Source: Verrucomicrobiota bacterium (GTDB taxonomy: Bacteria > Verrucomicrobiota > Verrucomicrobiia > Limisphaerales > UBA9464). From it: a DNA stretch of 49,416 nucleotides. The translations under genes and the position numbers were made by a program. Of the stretch, positions 44,348-49,416 are shown in pieces. The notes under the pieces are model-generated. The model was not told the DNA's origin and searched no databases. It saw nothing but the letters and a program-made list of their open reading frames with translations. The stretch lies in assembly GCA_039796015.1 (NCBI GenBank), contig JBDKKQ010000028.1:1-49416 (forward strand), in the 5' to 3' direction. Each line of letters opens with the position of its first letter. The stretch's first letter is position 1.

Positions 44348-45498
44348 TCAATAACTTTGTCCAGACGCAGACGAGCCCTAAAAATCGCCAGCGGGGTGTG
44401 GCCCTGCTGATGGTCATGCTGCTGATCTTTGCCATGGCGGTCATCGTCACGGCCTTTGCCTACACGATGAAGGTGGAGGGTCGCCTGGCTACTCGAACCC
44501 AGAGCGAGAGCGAGATGGAATGGATGGGTCGCTCAGGCATTGAGATGGCCAAATGGGTTCTGTCGTTGTCCCGGCAGATTCCTGGCGAACAGACTTACGA
44601 CGGACTCAACCAGTTTTGGGCCGGCGGTGTCGGTCCGACGAACATCGCAGACAATCCTTTCGAGGGGGTCTCCTTGACGGATGTGGCTCTTGGGGATGGC
44701 ACCATTTCCATCGAGATCGTGGACGCAGAGCGCTACATCAACATCAACTCCATCGCCACCCGCAATCCCCAGTTGTTGGAGTTGATCTTGCAGTTGTGCG
44801 GTGCCGGAGGCTCGGACTCGGCCGATGTTTCTTCAGCGATCCGGGACTGGATCGACCCCAATGACGATTCGGCCATGGGTGGCGGCGCAGAGAGTGATTT
44901 CTACCGGACGCTCAATCCTCCCTATGTTGCTAAAAATGGTCCCATCGACGACATGTCGGAACTCCTCAAGATCCGTGGGATTACTCCGCAGTTGTACTGG
45001 GGCCCCCGCAGTGGCGGTGGCGATAGTGCTGGTAGTGGCGGCAATGGCGGTAGGCATTCGGTTGACTCAATGGGGCGGCGCATCCAGTCCACTTTTCTGG
45101 GACAGAGTATCGCGGGGTCGGTGGGCTTGGCAGACGTGTTCTCGGCGGTGTCCAGCGGTCAGGTAAATATCAACACGGCGCCCTATCCTGTTTTGGTCAT
45201 GGCCTGCGGTGGTGACGAGAACATTGCTCGCAATATCCAAGAACAGCGCGCGGGCATGGATGGGGTGGATGGCACCTACGACGACACTCCAGCCCGTGGG
45301 CCCCAAGACATCGCCCGTTTGCAGGGGGTTCCGGTGATGCCCAACCAAGGCACGCCGCTGGCGGTTTTCTCGACTGTCAGCAGCACCTTCGAAGTTCGCG
45401 TGACTGCCCGTTTGGGGGCTTTGTCTCGCCGTTACATTGCAGTCTTGAGACGCACGAGTTTGCGCGATATGCCCGTGCTCACCTTTCGCCGGGAGTGA
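44344..45498 (+). CDS. gspK: GspK-like minor pseudopilin
   Basis: N-terminus RGVALLMVMLLIFAMAVIVTAF lacks Glu+5, as is typical for GspK. Also ERYININS, IRDWIDPNDD...GGAESDFY, NGPIDDMSELLKIRGIT and GQVNINTAP helix-hairpin-helix-like motifs. Confidence 0.8.
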   Translation: MINNFVQTQTSPKNRQRGVALLMVMLLIFAMAVIVTAFAYTMKVEGRLATRTQSESEMEWMGRSGIEMAKWVLSLSRQIPGEQTYDGLNQFWAGGVGPTNIADNPFEGVSLTDVALGDGTISIEIVDAERYININSIATRNPQLLELILQLCGAGGSDSADVSSAIRDWIDPNDDSAMGGGAESDFYRTLNPPYVAKNGPIDDMSELLKIRGITPQLYWGPRSGGGDSAGSGGNGGRHSVDSMGRRIQSTFLGQSIAGSVGLADVFSAVSSGQVNINTAPYPVLVMACGGDENIARNIQEQRAGMDGVDGTYDDTPARGPQDIARLQGVPVMPNQGTPLAVFSTVSSTFEVRVTARLGALSRRYIAVLRRTSLRDMPVLTFRRE

Positions 45499-45562
45499 GC
45501 CTTCGCGCGGAGTATGGTCCGCGAAAGAGTGTGGACTCAGATTCGATCCAAAATCGCCGGGC

Positions 45563-45603
45563 GAGTTCTCTGTGAGCTGGGAGGCCGGCTCACGAGAGAA
45601 CTC
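45563..45603. terminator. long imperfect hairpin between convergent genes (possible bidirectional terminator, no U-tract)
   Basis: GAGTTCTCTGTGAGC (45563-45577) pairs with GCTCACGAGAGAACTC (45588-45603). This gives a 15-bp stem with one bulged G and a 10-nt loop. It lies between the gspK stop and the DUF1559 gene stop. Confidence 0.4.
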
Positions 45604-45613
45604 ACGAGATGAA

Positions 45614-46399
45614 TCACGGAACGGGGGTGGCTACTGCGATCTTGAAGAAGCACTGCCAACCGCCGTAGTCGGAGCCGAGCGAGACGCGCTTGTTGGACTG
45701 CCATTCAACGTGGCCGTCTTCGAAGCCAAAGTTGCCGCCTTCGGGTGCACCCCGGGTAATTCGGTGAACGGCCGTGGCCACTTTCTTGCCATTGTAATCG
45801 GTGAACCAGTTCAGCTTGGGGTCGAGCATGTTGGTGGTCTTGGAACCCAAGGCCTGCATGCGGTCGATGATGATGGGGGCTGCTTCGTACATGCCACCGA
45901 GCTTCTTCTTGAAAAACCACTCAGAAGTGCCCTGGGCTCCTCCGGTGACATCGGCGTCTCCGGTTCGCCGACCTGGCAAGTAGAAGTAACCGGTCAATTG
46001 GGGCTCATTGTCGGTGGTGATCATCCCGCGTTCTGCGGCGCGGTGCCAGTCATCGGTCGGGCAGAACAGGACGTCGTTGGCGGCACGGGTGTTGTTGGCC
46101 GAGGAGCGGCGATTCTTAATGAGGTAGCCGTTCCAGAAGTTGCTCATGGTGGGCATCATCCAGCTGAATCCGGCGCCACCGCTGTTGTCTGGGAAGGAGT
46201 TCTGATTGTCGGAGGCGTACAAATTGACCGCGATACCCCACTGCTTGCAGTTGCTCGCGCAGAGGGTTTTCACTGCCTTCGATTTGGCCCGAGACAAGGC
46301 GGGCAAGAGCATGCCGGCGAGGATTGCGATGATGGCGATGACCACCAGCAACTCGATCAGGGTGAAGGCACGGGGGCAGCGGACGCGTTGGCTGTTCAT
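45614..46399 (-). CDS. prepilin-type N-terminal cleavage/methylation domain protein, DUF1559-like
   Basis: N-terminus [34 protein letters not shown]-terminal [13 protein letters not shown] resembles the DUF1559/H-X9-DG tail; the exact H-X9 spacing is not met. Confidence 0.85.
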   Translation of the reverse strand: MNSQRVRCPRAFTLIELLVVIAIIAILAGMLLPALSRAKSKAVKTLCASNCKQWGIAVNLYASDNQNSFPDNSGGAGFSWMMPTMSNFWNGYLIKNRRSSANNTRAANDVLFCPTDDWHRAAERGMITTDNEPQLTGYFYLPGRRTGDADVTGGAQGTSEWFFKKKLGGMYEAAPIIIDRMQALGSKTTNMLDPKLNWFTDYNGKKVATAVHRITRGAPEGGNFGFEDGHVEWQSNKRVSLGSDYGGWQCFFKIAVATPVP

Positions 46400-46611
46400 G
46401 GCTTGGGGTGACGGACTTTGGGGATACTCTTTGTTTCTAACGTTCCGTGCGGTGAGAGCTAGTGAAATTTTCGGAACGGTGAAAATGGATCTTCGCTGGA
46501 AGAGTCTGCGGACGGAGGGAACGCGAGAGATTCCCGAGCTTCTTTCGTCTCATCACCGCCGACTGAGCGGCAAGAATAAGGTGGGAGGGCGTTGGGGAAA
46601 ACGAGGGGTTC

Positions 46612-46652
46612 AAAAACAAAGCCGCCCCGGCCGATGAATCGGCCGGGGCGGC
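46612..46652 (-). terminator. rho-independent terminator downstream of the RNase E/G gene
   Basis: Minus strand reads GCCGCCCCGGCCGAT-TCA-ATCGGCCGGGGCGGC, a perfect GC-rich stem of roughly 14-15 bp. It is followed directly by TTTGTTTTTG and begins 15 nt after the stop at 46667. Confidence 0.85.
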
Positions 46653-46666
46653 GGATAGGACTTCGA

Positions 46667-48652
46667 TCAATTCCGCGACTTAGCCAACTCGTCGTTGTTC
46701 ATGGCGTTGAAGATCTTCCACTCCTCATTGTGAAAGGTGGGGTCCGGGCGGAAGCTGAGCTTGGCGAAGAATTTCTTCTCCAATTCGATGAGCAACTTCT
46801 CGTCGCGCGTCCGCAAGCGATCGAGGACGCGCGGGTTGCAGACGATCTTAACTTGGAAGTCGCCGTCGTCACGCGGGCGACCCTTGAGGATCTGGGTCAG
46901 CTTGCGCTGGATTTCGACACTCATGGTCTCGGCGCTCTTGATGACGCCACGGCCCGTGCAGTGCTCACAGTCGTCGTAGAGCGATGAACGCACGCTCTCA
47001 GTCTGGCGCTGGCGGGTCATTTCCATGAGCCCGAGCTGCGAGAGCGGCAGGACGTGCGTCTTAGCCTTGTCTCGCTTGAGGTTGTCCTTCATCCGCTGGT
47101 AGATGGACTGCTGGTCGCGGCGCGACTTCATGTCGATGAAGTCGAGTACGATAATGCCGCCCATGTTTCGCAGGCGGAGTTGGCGGGCGATTTCGTCCGC
47201 GGCATCTTGGTTCACCTTGAGGATCGTCGCGTCGTGGTCCTTGGTACCGGCCTGCTTGTGCTTGCCAGTGTTCACGTCGATGGCCACGAGGGCTTCGGTT
47301 TCGTCGATGATGAGGTAGCCACCGCTCTTGAGGTTCACCTGGCGGCTGAAGGCGGCCTCCAGTTGGCGGGTGATGTTGTAGCGGTCAAACAGCGGCTCCG
47401 CCTCGTTGTAGAAGTGCACCTTGCGCACGGAACGGGGGCTGATGCGCTTGATGCTATCGCGGATCGATTCAAACTTCTTGAGGTCGTCGATGACGATCTT
47501 GTCGACATCTTCGGTGAGGAAGTCGCGGACGGTGCGCTCGATGAGGTCGGGCTCTTGATAGACGCAGGAGGCCATCGGCTGGCTCTTGATCCGTTCTTGG
47601 ATGAGCTTCCATTCCTCCAGCAGCAGGGCGAGATCACGGACGAAGTACGCCTTTCGCTTTTCTTCACCGGCGGTGCGGATGATCACTCCCATGCCCTCGG
47701 GAATAGTCAGTTCGCGGACGATTTTCTTGAGGCGATGGCGCTCCTCGACGTTCTCGATCTTGCGGCTGATGCCAGACTGGTCGGAATTGGGCAGCAGGAC
47801 GAGATAGCGGCCGGGCAGAGAAAGGTTGGTGGTGACGCGGGGTCCCTTGGTGCCGATCGGTCCCTTGGTCACTTGGATAATGATCTCGCTGCCCGGCGGG
47901 AACAGTCGGGGGACATCCTTCTGGGTGATTTTGGGTTTTTCTTTCCGGCGAGATTTGCCTGTGTCATCGCGCTCCACAATTTCGACGCTGGAATCGAACG
48001 TGTTGGGGATGATGTCCCAGTAGTGCAGGAAGGCGTTCTTCTCGAAGCCAATATCCACGAAGGCGGCCTTGAGCCCATCTTCGAGGTTCTTCACCTTGCC
48101 CTTGTAGATGGAGCCAACCAGCCGGTCATCGCCGGTTCGTTCAACCGTGAGGTCTTCCAGTTTGCTCTCCTCCAGAACCGCGACGCGGGTTTCCAGCGGT
48201 TCGGCGTTAATGACCACTTCCTTGATGATCTTTTCCTCGGGTCGGATGAATTGTTTAACCTTTTTGACCACCTCTTTGACCGCGGCCCGCGCTTTTTCTA
48301 TCAGACCCTTAGGTTCGCGAGGTGGTTTGGGTGCCTGTTCTGCGGGTTCCTCGTGCGCCTCCTCCGAGCGAGTGAGATCGGGGGATCGGTAGGTCTGGTC
48401 CCGGCCGTTCTTGGTCAGATTAACCTCGGGGGCGTCGATGGTGTCCTCGGGAAGTCCGGCAGCCCGGTTTTCGGCGCGCCGAATTTCGGACTCGTGGCGG
48501 CGGATGTCGAACACCCGTTCTTCAACGGCTTTCTCGCCGATGGCTTCCATGCGGGCGTTGGCCGCAGATCGGTTGAGGTTCGGAGAGCCGATTCCCCGGG
48601 TGGGCTTGAAACGCATCGGCACCTTGCCGCGTTTGAATGTCTGTTGACTCAT
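46667..48652 (-). CDS. rng: ribonuclease E/G family endoribonuclease
   Basis: S1 domain GSIYKGKVKNLEDGLKAAFVDIG and the catalytic-core block GGIIVLDFIDM. C-terminal Zn-link-like CEHCTGRG. The N-terminal ~140 aa form a charged extension preceding the family-conserved VVINAEPLETRVAVLE. Confidence 0.9.
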   Translation of the reverse strand: MSQQTFKRGKVPMRFKPTRGIGSPNLNRSAANARMEAIGEKAVEERVFDIRRHESEIRRAENRAAGLPEDTIDAPEVNLTKNGRDQTYRSPDLTRSEEAHEEPAEQAPKPPREPKGLIEKARAAVKEVVKKVKQFIRPEEKIIKEVVINAEPLETRVAVLEESKLEDLTVERTGDDRLVGSIYKGKVKNLEDGLKAAFVDIGFEKNAFLHYWDIIPNTFDSSVEIVERDDTGKSRRKEKPKITQKDVPRLFPPGSEIIIQVTKGPIGTKGPRVTTNLSLPGRYLVLLPNSDQSGISRKIENVEERHRLKKIVRELTIPEGMGVIIRTAGEEKRKAYFVRDLALLLEEWKLIQERIKSQPMASCVYQEPDLIERTVRDFLTEDVDKIVIDDLKKFESIRDSIKRISPRSVRKVHFYNEAEPLFDRYNITRQLEAAFSRQVNLKSGGYLIIDETEALVAIDVNTGKHKQAGTKDHDATILKVNQDAADEIARQLRLRNMGGIIVLDFIDMKSRRDQQSIYQRMKDNLKRDKAKTHVLPLSQLGLMEMTRQRQTESVRSSLYDDCEHCTGRGVIKSAETMSVEIQRKLTQILKGRPRDDGDFQVKIVCNPRVLDRLRTRDEKLLIELEKKFFAKLSFRPDPTFHNEEWKIFNAMNNDELAKSRN

Positions 48653-48670
48653 GTCTGTAGGATTCGAGTT

Positions 48671-49416
48671 TTAGTACCGTTTCCGGTACAAATGGATGTT
48701 TTGAAGAACACCGACCGCGATCAGTGAGCAGAGCACTGAGGTTCCGCCTGCACTGAGCAGGGGCAGTGGAATGCCCGTGACCGGCATTAGTTTGATGTTC
48801 ATGCCGATGTTCACGAAGATGTGTATGAAGAAGAGGGTGACGATGCCGGTGGCCAGTAGGCGCCCGAGCCGATCGCGTGATTCTCCAGCGGTCTTGATGC
48901 CGCTGAAGAGGACGATGCCGTAGAGGGTCACGACGGCGACGCTTCCGATGAAGCCACGTTCCTCGGCGATGACCGAGAAGATGAAGTCATTGTGGGCGCC
49001 CAGTCGGGGCAGGTAACCCAGACGATGCTGAGTACCTTCCCTCCATCCTTTGCCGGTGAAGCCGCCTGAGCCGACCGAGATGAGCGCCTGCTCCACATTC
49101 CAGGACATCTGCCGCTTGCGCTGCGCAGCCCTCTGGCGTTGTTCTGGGGTGGCGGAGTCCGGGGCAAAATCGGCGTTGAAATAAACCAGCAGCCGTTCGC
49201 GCTGGTAGTTCTGAAGGCGGATGAGTCGCCAGTTCTCGGGTGCAATGAAGATGTCGATGGCGATCAGGCTGACGATGAGGAAGGCGCCACCCAAAAGCTT
49301 GATCACAAAGCGCTGCGGAACCCCAGCCACCAGCATCATGACCAGGGTGATGGGCAGAAAGACGAGCGATGAACCTAAATCGGGCTGTTTGAGGATCAGG
49401 CCCAGTGGCAGGAGCG
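48671..49416 (-). CDS. rodA: SEDS-family rod-shape protein RodA (5' end outside the window)
   Basis: HNDFIFSVIAEERGF and LPLLSAGGTSVL SEDS motifs. The same reading frame stays open upstream of the track's Met to the window edge and encodes LILKQPDLGSSLVFL (the conserved QPDLG block), so the gene is truncated by the window. It is followed 18 nt later by the RNase E/G gene. Confidence 0.85.
   Translation of the reverse strand, partial: LLPLGLILKQPDLGSSLVFLPITLVMMLVAGVPQRFVIKLLGGAFLIVSLIAIDIFIAPENWRLIRLQNYQRERLLVYFNADFAPDSATPEQRQRAAQRKRQMSWNVEQALISVGSGGFTGKGWREGTQHRLGYLPRLGAHNDFIFSVIAEERGFIGSVAVVTLYGIVLFSGIKTAGESRDRLGRLLATGIVTLFFIHIFVNIGMNIKLMPVTGIPLPLLSAGGTSVLCSLIAVGVLQNIHLYRKRY

Noticed and set aside
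47054-48727. 557-codon plus-strand ORF antisense to the RNase E/G gene.
   Set aside because: It mirrors a gene with strong family motifs on the other strand. The translation is low-complexity (Leu/Val/Gly/Asp/Arg-rich) with no motif. Long stop-free shadow frames are expected opposite genes with GC-rich third positions.
1-49416. Searched the translations for mobile-element or defence hallmarks: transposase DDE, integrase, toxin-antitoxin, restriction-modification, Cas, reverse transcriptase, abortive-infection ATPase/nuclease pairs.
   Set aside because: None was recognised. ComM/YifB is a housekeeping-type AAA+ protein, and the window is dominated by core cell-envelope genes.

Overview
GC-rich (roughly 60% by eye, not computed) chromosomal segment. 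It looks like a PVC-superphylum, most likely Verrucomicrobiota-like, genome. That inference rests on two prepilin-type DUF1559/H-X9-DG proteins, a PSCyt1-type dihaem cytochrome c, a giant LamG/Ig secreted protein and a divergent FtsZ. The window is mostly housekeeping. Its core is a long minus-strand division/cell-wall (dcw) cluster (37225 down to 19201): mraZ, a small unknown ORF, rsmH, ftsL-like, ftsI, murE-like, a SIMPL/DUF541 gene, murF, mraY, a ~400-nt untranslated spacer, a LysM protein, ftsW, murG, murB, ddl, ftsQ, ftsA, ftsZ. Many junctions have overlapping stop/start codons. The left flank carries a PQQ-type dehydrogenase, nadB, a sensor-like membrane protein, a TPR-LysM/unknown/ABC-ATPase operon, argH, an ECF sigma factor, a TIM-barrel sugar isomerase, comM/yifB, and an H-X9-DG pseudopilin-like gene paired with a ~1400-aa LamG/Ig protein. 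The right flank carries queA, a RibD-C-type reductase, a dihaem cytochrome c, a DUF554-like membrane protein, a small CBM48-like protein, a gspF-gspH/I/J/K-like operon, a second DUF1559 gene, RNase E/G and a truncated rodA. I found no rRNA, tRNA, CRISPR array, transposase, integrase or recognisable defence system. The observations most worth a second look all concern remodelling of the dcw cluster. The MurE homolog has lost its P-loop and other catalytic motifs. murC and murD are absent, with a LysM gene and a long spacer in the murD slot. A SIMPL gene is inserted between murE-like and murF. The murG 5' end contains an in-frame 15-bp x4 tandem repeat. FtsZ has a non-canonical T1 loop. All family calls come from motif recognition in the supplied translations; no searches were run.
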